Below, in pieces: positions 9,006-18,850 of a stretch of DNA of 64,000 nt (its first letter is position 1; each line of letters begins with the position of its first letter). Source of the stretch: an uncultured Reyranella sp. Lineage in GTDB: Bacteria; Pseudomonadota; Alphaproteobacteria; Reyranellales; Reyranellaceae. The notes under the pieces are model-generated. The model did not search any database, was not told where the DNA came from, and was given only the letters and a program-made list of their open reading frames with translations. Position numbers and translations under genes: made by a program. The stretch covers positions 435-64,434 of the forward strand of contig CALFRN010000045.1 of assembly GCA_937919085.1 (NCBI GenBank). Reading direction: 5' to 3'.

Positions 9006-10259
9006 GTGACCGTCACGCTCAATATCCTCGAGATCGGGGCTCGCGGCGATGGCGTCGCGGACGAGAACGGGCAACGCTACTTCGTGCCCTTCGCTCTGCC
9101 GGGCGAGATCGTCGAAGCCGAAGCACGCGACAAGCGTGGCGAGGGCATTGTGGCCAACCTTGTCGAAGTGCTGGCCCCATCGCGTCACCGCGAGCCGGCT
9201 CCCTGCAAGCACTTTGGGATTTGTGGCGGCTGCGCCCTGCAGCATTGGCGGCGGGACATCTATGCCGGCTGGAAAAACGATCTGATCTCCCGGGCGCTGG
9301 AGCAGCGCGGCGTCGCAGCGCCAGCCTTCGAGCCGGCGCTCGCCGGACTGCCGGGCGAGCGGCGCCGCGCGGATTTTGTCGTGCGTCGGCAGGGCCGGAG
9401 GGCGGTCGCGGGCTTTCACGAGCGCGCAAGCCAACAGCTGGTTGATGTCGAGGCGTGTCTTGTCGTCACGCCGAGGCTCGCGGGTTTGTTGCCTCATTTT
9501 CGCACGGTGCTGGCCGGTATTCTTCCCGAGGGCGGATCGGCCGACGCGATCGCCAATGACACCGACACCGGCCTCGATGTCCTGGTGCGGCCGCACAAGC
9601 GGACCGCCTTGTCGCTGGAGGCAAACCAGAAGCTCGTGGCGCTTGCCGAGGCTGCCGATCTGGCGCGTCTCAGCTGGGGCGATCGCGCGACGGCCGAGCC
9701 GCTGGTCACGCGCCGTCAGCCGAGCCTGACCTTCGGAGAAGTCTCCGTCGAGCCGCCCCCCGGCGCCTTCCTGCAGGCAACCCGGCGGGCCGAACGGGCA
9801 ATGCGCGACGCCGTGGCATCGTGGGTTGGCGATACCACGCGGATTGCCGATCTGTTTTCCGGCGTGGGTACGCTGACGATCGGGCGGCCATGGCGCACGA
9901 CGCTCTACGAAAGCGACAAGCTATCGGTGGCGGCGGTCGAGGCAGCCGGTCGACGGCTCGGGAGCGGAAAATTGACGGCCGTGCGGCGCGACCTGTTTCG
10001 CAATGCCCTGATGGCTTCCGAACTCGACGCCTTTGGTGCGGTCGTTCTCGATCCGCCACGGGCAGGCGCGGCGGCGCAGTGTGTCGAACTTGCCCGATCG
10101 AAGGTGAAGCGGGTGGTCTATGCGTCCTGCGATCCGGGAAGCTTTGCCCGCGACGTCCGAACCCTTCAGGATGGTGGATACCGGCTAGAGAAACTCATGC
10201 CCATCGACCAGTTCCTCTGGTCGGCGCATGTTGAGCTGATCGCATTCCTCGCTAAATGA
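9006..10259 (+). CDS. RNA (uracil-C5)-methyltransferase, TrmA/RlmD family
   Basis: TRAM-like N-terminus, CKHFGICGGC Fe-S motif, FLQA, DLFSGVG, LDPPRAG, and YASC with the catalytic Cys. GTG start at 9006. Confidence 0.92.
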   Translation: MTVTLNILEIGARGDGVADENGQRYFVPFALPGEIVEAEARDKRGEGIVANLVEVLAPSRHREPAPCKHFGICGGCALQHWRRDIYAGWKNDLISRALEQRGVAAPAFEPALAGLPGERRRADFVVRRQGRRAVAGFHERASQQLVDVEACLVVTPRLAGLLPHFRTVLAGILPEGGSADAIANDTDTGLDVLVRPHKRTALSLEANQKLVALAEAADLARLSWGDRATAEPLVTRRQPSLTFGEVSVEPPPGAFLQATRRAERAMRDAVASWVGDTTRIADLFSGVGTLTIGRPWRTTLYESDKLSVAAVEAAGRRLGSGKLTAVRRDLFRNALMASELDAFGAVVLDPPRAGAAAQCVELARSKVKRVVYASCDPGSFARDVRTLQDGGYRLEKLMPIDQFLWSAHVELIAFLAK

Positions 10260-10275
10260 AATCAGGAGACGACCG

Positions 10276-11043
10276 ATGATGTTCGACCTCAAGGGCAAGG
10301 TGGCCGTGGTCACCGGCGGCAGCCGCGGCATCGGCCGCTCGATCTGCGAGCAGTTGGCTGCACATGGCGCCAAGGTCGTCGTTTCCAGCCGCAAGCTGCC
10401 GGCTTGCGAAGAGGTCGTGAAGGGCATCAAGGCGAGGGGTGGCGAGGCCACCGCCGTCGCGGCCAGCATCTCCGAGAAGGCCCAGCTCGAGAACCTGATT
10501 GCAGAGGCGCGCAAGGCCTACGGCAAGATCGACATCATGGTCTGCAATGCGGCGTCCAATCCCTATTTCGGGCCGCTCACGGGCCTGAAGGACGAAGTGT
10601 TCCAGAAAATCATGCAGAACAACGTCATGTCGAACCTCTGGCTGATGAACATGGTCGGCCCGGAGATGGCGGAGCGCAAGGATGGCGCTTTCATCATCGT
10701 GTCGTCGATCGGCGCACTGATCGGCTCTGCTCACATCGCGGCCTACAACATGTCGAAGGCCGCCGATCTGTCGTTGGTGAAGTCGCTCGCCATGGAGTGG
10801 GGCAAGCACAACATCCGCATCAATGCCATCGCTCCAGGGTTGATCCAGACCGATTTTGCCAAGGCGCTGTGGGACAACCCGGAGATCCGCAAGGCCAACG
10901 AGGGCAAGGCGGCGCTGAAGCGCATCGGGCAACCCGACGACATCGGTGGCGTGGCGGTATTCCTGGCCTCCAAGGCGGGCGCATTCGTGTGTGGGCAGTG
11001 CATTATCGCCGACGGCGGCGTGATCGGTTCGGGCGCGGAATAG
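10276..11043 (+). CDS. Short-chain dehydrogenase/reductase
   Basis: TGGSRGIG, NAA and YNMSK motifs; SD AGGAG. Confidence 0.95.
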   Translation: MMFDLKGKVAVVTGGSRGIGRSICEQLAAHGAKVVVSSRKLPACEEVVKGIKARGGEATAVAASISEKAQLENLIAEARKAYGKIDIMVCNAASNPYFGPLTGLKDEVFQKIMQNNVMSNLWLMNMVGPEMAERKDGAFIIVSSIGALIGSAHIAAYNMSKAADLSLVKSLAMEWGKHNIRINAIAPGLIQTDFAKALWDNPEIRKANEGKAALKRIGQPDDIGGVAVFLASKAGAFVCGQCIIADGGVIGSGAE

Positions 11044-11046
11044 AAC

Positions 11047-11835
11047 CTACGCTGCGAGATCGAGTTCGCACCACACCGGGACATGATCGGAGGGCTCGGC
11101 CTTGCCGCGCTCGGCCTTGTCGATGCCGACGGCGGCAAGCCGATCGGCGGCCTGCGGCGAGAGCAGCAGGTGATCGATCCGCAGACCATGGTCTTTCGGC
11201 CACGCGCCCGCCTGATAATCCCAATATGTATAACGTGCGTCGTCGAGGTGAAGTGCACGGAGCGCGTCGGTCAGGCCAAGGTTGAGAAGCTTGCGCAGTG
11301 CCGCGCGTGACTCGGGCTGGCAGAGTGCGTCGCCCGCGAAGGCCCGGGGATCGTAGACGTCGAGTTCGGTCGGGCAGACGTTGTAGTCACCGCCCAGCAC
11401 GAACATTTCTTCCCTCGCAAGAAGCTCCCGGGCGCGCTGGGTGAGGCGCTCCATCCAGGCAAGCTTGTAGGTGAATTTCTCGGTACTGATCGGATTGCCG
11501 TTGGGCAGATAGAGGCCGCCAACCGTGAGCGGGCCACTAGGTGTGGAGATGCGGCCCTCGATGTAGCGGGCCGGCTCGTCAGCCACGGCATCCGGCAGTG
11601 CTCTGGCCGTGATTTCGACAGGATGAAGCGAGAGCAGGGCGACGCCGTTGAAGCCCTTCTGGCCGACGATCTCAGCCCGGTAGCCCGCAGCCTCGATCTC
11701 GGCCTTGGGGAACTGTTCCTGCTGGGCCTTCAGTTCCTGCAGCACGACGACGTCGGGCTTGGCGCGCTGGAGCCACGCGACCAGATTTCCGGTCCGCTTG
11801 CGGACAGAATTGACGTTCCAGGTCGCGACCTTCAT
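11047..11835 (-). CDS. xth: Exodeoxyribonuclease III
   Basis: ATWNVNS, LQELK, YLPNG, GDYN, RIDH and SDHVPV motifs. Confidence 0.96.
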   Translation of the reverse strand: MKVATWNVNSVRKRTGNLVAWLQRAKPDVVVLQELKAQQEQFPKAEIEAAGYRAEIVGQKGFNGVALLSLHPVEITARALPDAVADEPARYIEGRISTPSGPLTVGGLYLPNGNPISTEKFTYKLAWMERLTQRARELLAREEMFVLGGDYNVCPTELDVYDPRAFAGDALCQPESRAALRKLLNLGLTDALRALHLDDARYTYWDYQAGAWPKDHGLRIDHLLLSPQAADRLAAVGIDKAERGKAEPSDHVPVWCELDLAA

Positions 11836-11845
11836 CGCGGTCGAA

Positions 11846-12178
11846 TCACACGCTGAAGGAGTTGCCGCAGCCGCAGGACGAGGTGGCGTTCGGGTTGTTC
11901 ACCTGGAACGAGGCACCGACCATTTCCTCGACATAGTCAAGCTGGCTGCCTTTGAGCAATTCCAGCGAGGTGCTGTCGACCAACACCGCAGCGCCGTCGC
12001 GTTCGATCAGAAGGTCGTCATCGCTACGGGCGTCCTCGAACGAGAAATTGTACTGGAAACCCGAACAGCCACCGCCCAGAACGGCCACCCGCATCATCAC
12101 GGGTTTGGCCTCCTTGGAGGCGAGAAAGGCGATCCGCTTGGCGGCGCTCTCGGTCACGGCAAAAGTAGTGTCAGTCAT
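11846..12178 (-). CDS. erpA: Iron-sulfur cluster insertion protein ErpA (HesB/IscA family)
   Basis: GGGCSGFQY and SCGCGNSF motifs; usual alphaproteobacterial position next to xth. Confidence 0.93.
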   Translation of the reverse strand: MTDTTFAVTESAAKRIAFLASKEAKPVMMRVAVLGGGCSGFQYNFSFEDARSDDDLLIERDGAAVLVDSTSLELLKGSQLDYVEEMVGASFQVNNPNATSSCGCGNSFSV

Positions 12179-12433
12179 GGCTACAAGATGTGGTTCGAAT
12201 GCCGGTTCGTCAATGCTCTGCATTGCGGATCAGCAGTTCATGCAGTCCATGGAAACACGCAAAATCGACGAATCGGGGGTTTTCAGGCCCCAGAATGACC
12301 CGACCACTGGGAGTTTCCTCAATATTTACATGGGAAATGCATGCCTGCTGTCGTCCAGGAGTTGGAAGATGCCGCTTCAACGCGATTACGAGGCACCGGT
12401 CGCCACCTTGGCTTGGGCCGATGCAGCTTGGCG

Positions 12434-13330
12434 TCACGAGGGTGGCGCCGACCTCCGACTGTGCGCCAGCATGCGTTCACGATGCAGGATGTAGAGCCCC
12501 GACCCAATGACCAGCGGCAGTCCGTACCAGATCGTCGACGACGGCTCTTCCTTGAACCACAGGTAGCCGAACAGGACGGCGAGCACGATGGAAGCGTAAT
12601 CGAACGGCGCCAGCACCGCGGCAGGAGCGAGTCGCCAGGCGCGCGTGATGAGGACCTGCGCCACGCCGCCCAGCAGGCCAAGCAGGACCAGCCAGACCCA
12701 GTCGATCGGCGTCGGCCAGATCCATTCCGGGATGGCACCGAAGAACGACACCACGCTGGCGCTCAGCGAGAACCAGAACAAGCTTACGACATCGTGATCG
12801 TGGCGGCTTGCCAGCCGCACCAGGATGGTTGAGAGCGCATAGCAGAAGGTCGCCGCCAGAAGGATCAGCGAGATGGCGTGGAACTCCATGCCCCAAGGGT
12901 CGAGCATGATCAGAACGCCGGCGAAACCGACGCCGACCGCGCTCCAGCGCCGCCAGCCGACCGGCTCACCGAGTAGAGGTACCGAGAGCGCGACCATGAA
13001 CAGCGGGGCGGCAAACGAGATCGCGTAGGCGTCGACCAGTGGCATGCGCGGGAAGACGTAAAAGAAGCCCAGCAGACTGCCGAAGCCGACGACAACGCGT
13101 GCCGCCTGCAGCCACGGTCGATTGGAGCGCACGATCTTCAGTCCACCTGCCCGCCAGATCAGGACGGCGACTGGCAGCATGGCGATGGCGCTGCGGAACA
13201 GCATGAGCTGGAACGAGCCATAGGAGCCGCCCAGCGCCTTCACCATGGAGTCCATGGTGCAGAACAGTACGAGCGCGCCCAGCTTGAAATAGATGCCGTG
13301 CAGTGCGGAAGGATTGCTTTCGGCGGTCAA
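12434..13330 (-). CDS. DMT/EamA family transporter
   Basis: About 10 hydrophobic helices in two EamA repeats (LLGEPVGWRRW; LAPFDYAS..LFGYLWFKE.P). Start uncertain: TTG at 13330 or ATG at 13390. Confidence 0.9.
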   Translation of the reverse strand: MTAESNPSALHGIYFKLGALVLFCTMDSMVKALGGSYGSFQLMLFRSAIAMLPVAVLIWRAGGLKIVRSNRPWLQAARVVVGFGSLLGFFYVFPRMPLVDAYAISFAAPLFMVALSVPLLGEPVGWRRWSAVGVGFAGVLIMLDPWGMEFHAISLILLAATFCYALSTILVRLASRHDHDVVSLFWFSLSASVVSFFGAIPEWIWPTPIDWVWLVLLGLLGGVAQVLITRAWRLAPAAVLAPFDYASIVLAVLFGYLWFKEEPSSTIWYGLPLVIGSGLYILHRERMLAHSRRSAPPS

Positions 13331-13396
13331 GGTGCGCCATTTGGCTTGGAGAACGTCGTTCCGTAAAGTGACATTCGTAGGAGGGGTCATTATCAG

Positions 13397-15646
13397 ATGC
13401 GCATGAGCTGGTTGTTCGGCCGCAACAATGCGTTGCGTGCCCCGCTGGTCATTGCCCTGCTTGTGCTGGTGAACGCACTTTTCCTGCGCGCTCTCGACCC
13501 CTTGGCACTGGCGCGCCTGCGCGATTTCGCCTTCGACGAGTTTCAGCGGCTTCAGCCGCGCCAGTACTCTCCCGAAACCCCGGTGCGCATCATCGATATC
13601 GACGAGGCGTCGCTTGCCGCCTACGGCCAATGGCCGTGGCCTCGCACGGTCCTTGCCGAGCTGGTCGACAAACTCACCGAGAAGGGCGTGGCAGCCATCG
13701 TGTTCGACGCGGTGTTTGCTGAGTCGGATCGCTCGTCGATCAGTGGCATGGTTCGCGAACTCGGGGCGTTCACCGATCCGGAAACCGTCCGGAAGATATC
13801 GGCTGCGGTCCAGGACAGCGACAAGGTTTTTGCCGGAGCGATTGCCAGCTCGGCGGTCGTGACGGGCTTCGGTTTCGACCTGAACGGTGGGACGGATCCG
13901 CCACGGCGCTTCTTCGGCGTTGCCTTCGCGGGCGACGACCCCAGCCAGTTCCTGCCGCAACAGGTCCGTACGGTAACGACGCTTCCGTTGCTGGTGGCAG
14001 CGGCCAAGGGTAACGGCAGCGTCAACACCGACCACGACAGCGTGGTGATACGACGCGTGCCGATGATGTTTCGCCTGACCGGCCATGAAGGGCTGTTCCC
14101 GGCGTTGTCGATCGAGGCGTTGCGCGTGGCCCAGGGCGCTGGGACCTATTTGATCAAGTCGTCCGGCGCGAGTGGCGAAATGTCGTTCGGCGAGAAAACA
14201 GGAATGGTCTCGATCAAGACTGGCGACCTGCTGGTGCCGACGGACGCTCACGGGCGGGTGACACTCTTCGACACCGGCCATATCCCACAACGTTTCATCT
14301 CGGCACTCGCTGTTCTCAGGGACAAAGTCCCGCCGGCCGAACTTGAGGGGCGGATCGTCTTCATTGGTACCAGCGCGATCGGTCTCAAGGATCTACGCAA
14401 TACACCGGTCCAGGACACAGTGCCTGGCGTGGAAATCCACGCGCAGCTTGCTGAACAGATGGTCGAGCAGAAATTCCTGGCGCGGCCGGACTACGCGGTT
14501 GGTGCCGAATTTCTCTATCTGGCGGCAATCGGGCTGTTGTTCGTCTGGTTGTTGCCCCGGCTGTCGGCGGCGAAAATGGCGGGCGCTGCCATCACTCTCA
14601 TAGGTGTCGGCGTCCTGGTGCCGTGGATCGCCTATTCTCACTACCAGTTGCTATTCGATCCGATCTATCCGCCGGCCACCCTGGCGGCGATCTATATCAG
14701 CGGCTCGGTCCTGGCCTTCATGCGGGCGGAACGCGACCGACGCGAAATCCGCGGGGCATTCGGCCTCTATCTCTCGCCCGACGTCGTCGAACAGCTTGCG
14801 CGCAACCCCGAGCTGTTGCAGTTGGGCGGCGAGATGCGCGAGATCACCGTCATGTTCACCGACGTCCGCGGCTTTACCACGATCTCCGAACAATTCGATC
14901 CACCCGGCCTCACGCGTTTCATGAACCGCTTTCTGACGCCGATGACCGACCTGATTCTCGGCAACCGTGGCACGATCGACAAGTACATGGGCGACGCGAT
15001 CATGGCGTTCTGGAACGCTCCATTGCCCGTCGAGGCTCACGCGGTGCGTGCCTGCGAGACGGCTCTCGCCATGCAGGCGCGGTTGCGGAGCCTGAACGAG
15101 GAATGGAAGGCCGAGGCGGAAGCGGCAGGCCGGCGTCATATTCCGGTCAACATCGGCGTCGGATTGAATACCGGAAAGGCCTCGGTGGGAAACTTCGGGT
15201 CGTCCCAGCGCTTCACCTATTCCTGCTTGGGCGATGAGGTGAATCTTGCATCCCGCCTTGAGGGTCAATGCAAGACCTACGGGGTGGGGGTCATCATCGG
15301 CGACAACACTCGCGCGCAAGTCGCGGACTTTGCTTCGATCGAAATCGACCTGGTGATGGTGAAAGGTAAGACCGAGCCGGCGCGGGTCCATGCGCTGCTC
15401 GGTGATGCGACGATGGCGCAGTCGCCCGCATTTCGGCGGCTGGTAGAGAAGCAGGCGGCGCTGTTGAAGCATTATCGAGCCGGAGCCTTTGCTGAGGCAT
15501 TGCAAATGATCGATGGCTGTCAGGCTGCCGCCGAGGCGGTGGGCTGGCCGCAAGGGTATTACGCAATGATGCACGCGCGGATCGACGGTCTGATCGACGA
15601 TTCGCCACCAGATTGGACGGGATTGTATGTCGCCAAGGACAAGTGA
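13397..15646 (+). CDS. CHASE2-domain class III adenylate/guanylate cyclase
   Basis: CHASE2 (IIDIDEASL..GQWPWPR; GVEIHA), three TM helices, and cyclase motifs FTDVRGFT, DKYMGDAIMAFW, LGDEVNLASRLE. Confidence 0.95.
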   Translation: MRMSWLFGRNNALRAPLVIALLVLVNALFLRALDPLALARLRDFAFDEFQRLQPRQYSPETPVRIIDIDEASLAAYGQWPWPRTVLAELVDKLTEKGVAAIVFDAVFAESDRSSISGMVRELGAFTDPETVRKISAAVQDSDKVFAGAIASSAVVTGFGFDLNGGTDPPRRFFGVAFAGDDPSQFLPQQVRTVTTLPLLVAAAKGNGSVNTDHDSVVIRRVPMMFRLTGHEGLFPALSIEALRVAQGAGTYLIKSSGASGEMSFGEKTGMVSIKTGDLLVPTDAHGRVTLFDTGHIPQRFISALAVLRDKVPPAELEGRIVFIGTSAIGLKDLRNTPVQDTVPGVEIHAQLAEQMVEQKFLARPDYAVGAEFLYLAAIGLLFVWLLPRLSAAKMAGAAITLIGVGVLVPWIAYSHYQLLFDPIYPPATLAAIYISGSVLAFMRAERDRREIRGAFGLYLSPDVVEQLARNPELLQLGGEMREITVMFTDVRGFTTISEQFDPPGLTRFMNRFLTPMTDLILGNRGTIDKYMGDAIMAFWNAPLPVEAHAVRACETALAMQARLRSLNEEWKAEAEAAGRRHIPVNIGVGLNTGKASVGNFGSSQRFTYSCLGDEVNLASRLEGQCKTYGVGVIIGDNTRAQVADFASIEIDLVMVKGKTEPARVHALLGDATMAQSPAFRRLVEKQAALLKHYRAGAFAEALQMIDGCQAAAEAVGWPQGYYAMMHARIDGLIDDSPPDWTGLYVAKDK

Positions 15647-16547
15647 CGCCGAGCGGCAGCTTGCCGCCATCGAGGCGCTGGTTTGCCGGGATATCGGACG
15701 CAAGACCGCGGAACTGATCGCGGAATGCACCGGGGGACTTGCGGCGGCTGGCCGGTCGCTGGCCGGGGCGTCGAGCGTCGGTCTCATCACCGGCTTTTTC
15801 GTCCCGCGGGGCGACGTTGCGGCACCCGAGACCGACGGTCCCGTCGGCACGGCGCTGCTTGCCGCTGCACTCGCGGTATGCGGCGTGCCGGTGCGGATCG
15901 CCGTCGACACGCCGTGTGCGCAGGCCGTGCGCGTGGCCGCCGCTGCGGCGGGTGGCGGCGTGTTGGTCGACGAAGTGGGTGTTGGCGACCGCGCTGGTCT
16001 CGGTCGTTTGATTGGCTCTTGGCGGAACGCCGGATTGAGTCATGCAGTTGCCATCGAGCGTTGTGGGCGCAGCGCCGATGGCCAGCCGCGTAACATGCGT
16101 GGTGTCGATGTCTCGGCATGGACCGCACCACTGGACGATCTTTTCCTCGGTGGACCCTGGAAGAAGCTGGCGATCGGCGACGGCGGCAATGAGATCGGAA
16201 TGGGAAAGCTGTCGGCGGGCTTGATCGCACGGACGGTGCCGAATGGTGCCGAGATCGGTTGCGTCACTTCCTGCGATCACCTTGTTGTGGCGGGAGTCTC
16301 GAACTGGGGTGCGTACGGGTTGATGGCGGCACTTGCGGTGTTGCGTGCGGATTGGAGCCTGACGATTGCCAGATTCCTGACCGCACAACGCGATCTTGCT
16401 GTGACGCAGGCCGTTGTGGACGAAGCCGGCGCGGTCGATGGCGTCACGGCGCGGCGCGAAGCCACGGTCGACGGTTTCGGCCCGGATGTTCATGGCGCAC
16501 TGATTGACGGTCTTCGTCGCATTGCATGGGGGCGGGCGGCGGACTAG
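15627..16547 (+). CDS. DUF4392 / glutamate-cyclase-domain protein
   Basis: ITGF...ETDGPVG, AIERCG, IGDGGNEIGMG and VAGVSNWGAY motifs; overlaps the cyclase end by 20 bp. Confidence 0.85.
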   Translation: MSPRTSDAERQLAAIEALVCRDIGRKTAELIAECTGGLAAAGRSLAGASSVGLITGFFVPRGDVAAPETDGPVGTALLAAALAVCGVPVRIAVDTPCAQAVRVAAAAAGGGVLVDEVGVGDRAGLGRLIGSWRNAGLSHAVAIERCGRSADGQPRNMRGVDVSAWTAPLDDLFLGGPWKKLAIGDGGNEIGMGKLSAGLIARTVPNGAEIGCVTSCDHLVVAGVSNWGAYGLMAALAVLRADWSLTIARFLTAQRDLAVTQAVVDEAGAVDGVTARREATVDGFGPDVHGALIDGLRRIAWGRAAD

Positions 16548-16558
16548 TTTGCGCCGCC

Positions 16559-17725
16559 ATGGAAAACCCCTACGCTCCCACGCATCCAGAAATCCGCGAC
16601 GCGATCCGTCAGCTCTGCCTGAAGTTCGACGGCGCCTACTGGCGCGACCTCGATCGCGAGCGCGGCTATCCGACCGCGTTCGTGAAGGCACTGACCGATG
16701 CCGGTTGGTTGGCAACGCTCATTCCCGAGGAGTACGGCGGAGCGGGGCTCGGCATTTCGGCCGCCGCAGCCGTTCTAGAGGAAGTCCAGCGCTCCGGTTG
16801 CAACGGTGCGGCCTGCCATGCCCAGATGTACATCATGGGCACGCTGCTTCGGCATGGCAGCAAGGAGCAGAAAGAGCGCTATCTGCCTCGGATCGCAAGT
16901 GGTGAATTGCGCCTCCAGGCGTTTGGCGTCACCGAGCCGACCAGTGGCACCGATACTTTGGCGCTGCGCACGACTGCCGTGAAAAAGGACAACAGCACCT
17001 ACGTCGTGAACGGCCAGAAGGTATGGACCAGTCGCGCCGAGCATTCCGACCTGATGTTGCTTCTGGCACGCACGACACCCAGGGAGCAGACCAAGAAACG
17101 CACCGAGGGGCTGTCGGTGTTCCTCGTGGATATGCGCGAGGCGCTGGGCAAGGGCCTCACGGTCCGGCCGATCCGCACGATGATGAACCACAACAGCACC
17201 GAAGTGTTCTTCGACAATATGGAAGTGCCGGCCGTGAATCTGATCGGCGAGGAAGGGCAGGGCTTCCGCTATATCCTGGGCGGCATGAATGCCGAGCGCG
17301 TTCTCATAGCCGCCGAATGCATCGGTGACTCGCGCTGGTTCATCGAAAAGGCCACGGAGTACGCCAAGGAGCGCAAGCTGTTCGGCCGGCCGATCGGCCA
17401 GAACCAGGGTGTGCAGTATCCCATCGCCCGTGCATATGCCCAGACCGAGGCCGCCGACCTGATGGTGCGCAAGGCGGCTTCCCTCTACGAGGCCGGCTTG
17501 CCGTGCGGCGCCGAGGCCAACATGGCCAAGATGCTGGGCTCGGAGGCGGCCTGGGCCGCGGCCGACATGTGCGTGCAGACGCATGGTGGGTTCGGCTTCG
17601 CCGAGGAGTACGATATCGAACGCAAGTTCCGCGAGACGCGGCTCTACATGGTGGCTCCGATCTCGACCAACATGATTCTGAACTTCGTTTCCGAACACGT
17701 CCTTGGGTTGCCACGCTCCTATTGA
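16559..17725 (+). CDS. Acyl-CoA dehydrogenase family protein
   Basis: FGVTEPTSGTD, NGQKVWTSR, ERKLFGRPIG and QTHGGFGF motifs. Confidence 0.95.
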   Translation: MENPYAPTHPEIRDAIRQLCLKFDGAYWRDLDRERGYPTAFVKALTDAGWLATLIPEEYGGAGLGISAAAAVLEEVQRSGCNGAACHAQMYIMGTLLRHGSKEQKERYLPRIASGELRLQAFGVTEPTSGTDTLALRTTAVKKDNSTYVVNGQKVWTSRAEHSDLMLLLARTTPREQTKKRTEGLSVFLVDMREALGKGLTVRPIRTMMNHNSTEVFFDNMEVPAVNLIGEEGQGFRYILGGMNAERVLIAAECIGDSRWFIEKATEYAKERKLFGRPIGQNQGVQYPIARAYAQTEAADLMVRKAASLYEAGLPCGAEANMAKMLGSEAAWAAADMCVQTHGGFGFAEEYDIERKFRETRLYMVAPISTNMILNFVSEHVLGLPRSY

Positions 17726-18837
17726 GCGGGCGCGGCCACGGCGTTCACGATCATCTTTTGAAAATGGATGACGAGAGTTTCGCTGCCGGTCAGAGAGCGA
17801 CCGCGATCGGGCAGTCCGCCCAGCAGTCCGCGCTGCACTGAATCGGTCAGTGCATCGTCCTCCTTAGCGACCTGCTTGTTGAACGCGATCAGGGAGCGCG
17901 CGAAATCCGCGCTGACGCCGGGGCCGAAATACTGTTCGGAAAACCCATCGGTCGCATTCGGTCCGCTCGGCATCCAGACGTCGACCGACAGATTGGGAAA
18001 ACCCGGATTGATGTTGATGGTCATGTTCGGCCACAGGAAGTGATACTGCGACTGCTTCACCGGCCCGGCGACGTCGTAGAGTTCGACCTTGCTGTTGCCG
18101 TCAAGGGCAGACGCCCGGACCGGGCCGCTCTGGCTTGAGAACCAGCCGTGAGCGCTTAGGGTGTAGGCATCCGGCCGCACGTCGATCGCGGCGCTGAAGC
18201 CCGGGTGGGCCACTGCGCAGTGATAGCACTCGAGATAATTTTCCAGCATCGTCTTCCAGTTGGCGTGCGACCGCCAATCTTCGCGGCTGTGGAGTTCGAG
18301 CGAGTCGAGGGCCACGCCGCTACTGGCGATAAGGTCGAGGACCGGGCCATAGCAGGCCGCCACCGACTGGGCATCGGCGTCGAGATTGACGAACACGAAG
18401 GGCCCCAGGGCTTCCGCACGGACCGGCAGGAGCGGGAAGTCCCCGAGCCGAAAGTTGGGTTCGGCATCCGAGCGCGGCGCGCGTCTGAGACCGCCGGTGA
18501 GGTCGTAGGTCCAGGCATGGTATCCGCACTGCATCGACCGGGCGTTGCCGCGCCCTTTCATGACTTCATGGCGGCGGTGGCGGCAGACATTGACGAAACC
18601 GCCCAGCCCGCACTCATTGCGGATCACGACGACGGGCACGCCACCGGCATAGCCGGTGACGTAGTCGCCGACCGTGGTGAGTTCGGCCAACGGCCCGATA
18701 TAGTTCCAGCTCTTGCGAAAGACGTGGGTGATCTCCCGCTCGGTGATCGACGGATCGGTGTACCAGCGTGCCGGCAGGGACTCACCACGATCGAGGGCAT
18801 CCCGCAAATTGATGGAAGGTTCCATGCCTTGGATCAT
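17719..18837 (-). CDS. Rieske non-haem iron oxygenase alpha subunit (choline/carnitine/betaine-type group)
   Basis: Rieske ligands CRH...CGYH; mononuclear Fe motif ENYLECYH..AH; late ED. Confidence 0.92.
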   Translation of the reverse strand: MIQGMEPSINLRDALDRGESLPARWYTDPSITEREITHVFRKSWNYIGPLAELTTVGDYVTGYAGGVPVVVIRNECGLGGFVNVCRHRRHEVMKGRGNARSMQCGYHAWTYDLTGGLRRAPRSDAEPNFRLGDFPLLPVRAEALGPFVFVNLDADAQSVAACYGPVLDLIASSGVALDSLELHSREDWRSHANWKTMLENYLECYHCAVAHPGFSAAIDVRPDAYTLSAHGWFSSQSGPVRASALDGNSKVELYDVAGPVKQSQYHFLWPNMTININPGFPNLSVDVWMPSGPNATDGFSEQYFGPGVSADFARSLIAFNKQVAKEDDALTDSVQRGLLGGLPDRGRSLTGSETLVIHFQKMIVNAVAAPAQ

Positions 18838-18850
18838 GCTGTGTTCACCA

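Noticed and set aside
9840-9960. Possible frameshift or deletion in the RNA methyltransferase SAM-binding region (it looks short)
   Set aside because: The frame stays open and all downstream catalytic motifs are in frame; this is more likely natural divergence.
12193-12208. GTTC...GTTC as an alphaproteobacterial LexA box upstream of erpA-xth
   Set aside because: The spacing is N8, not the required N7.
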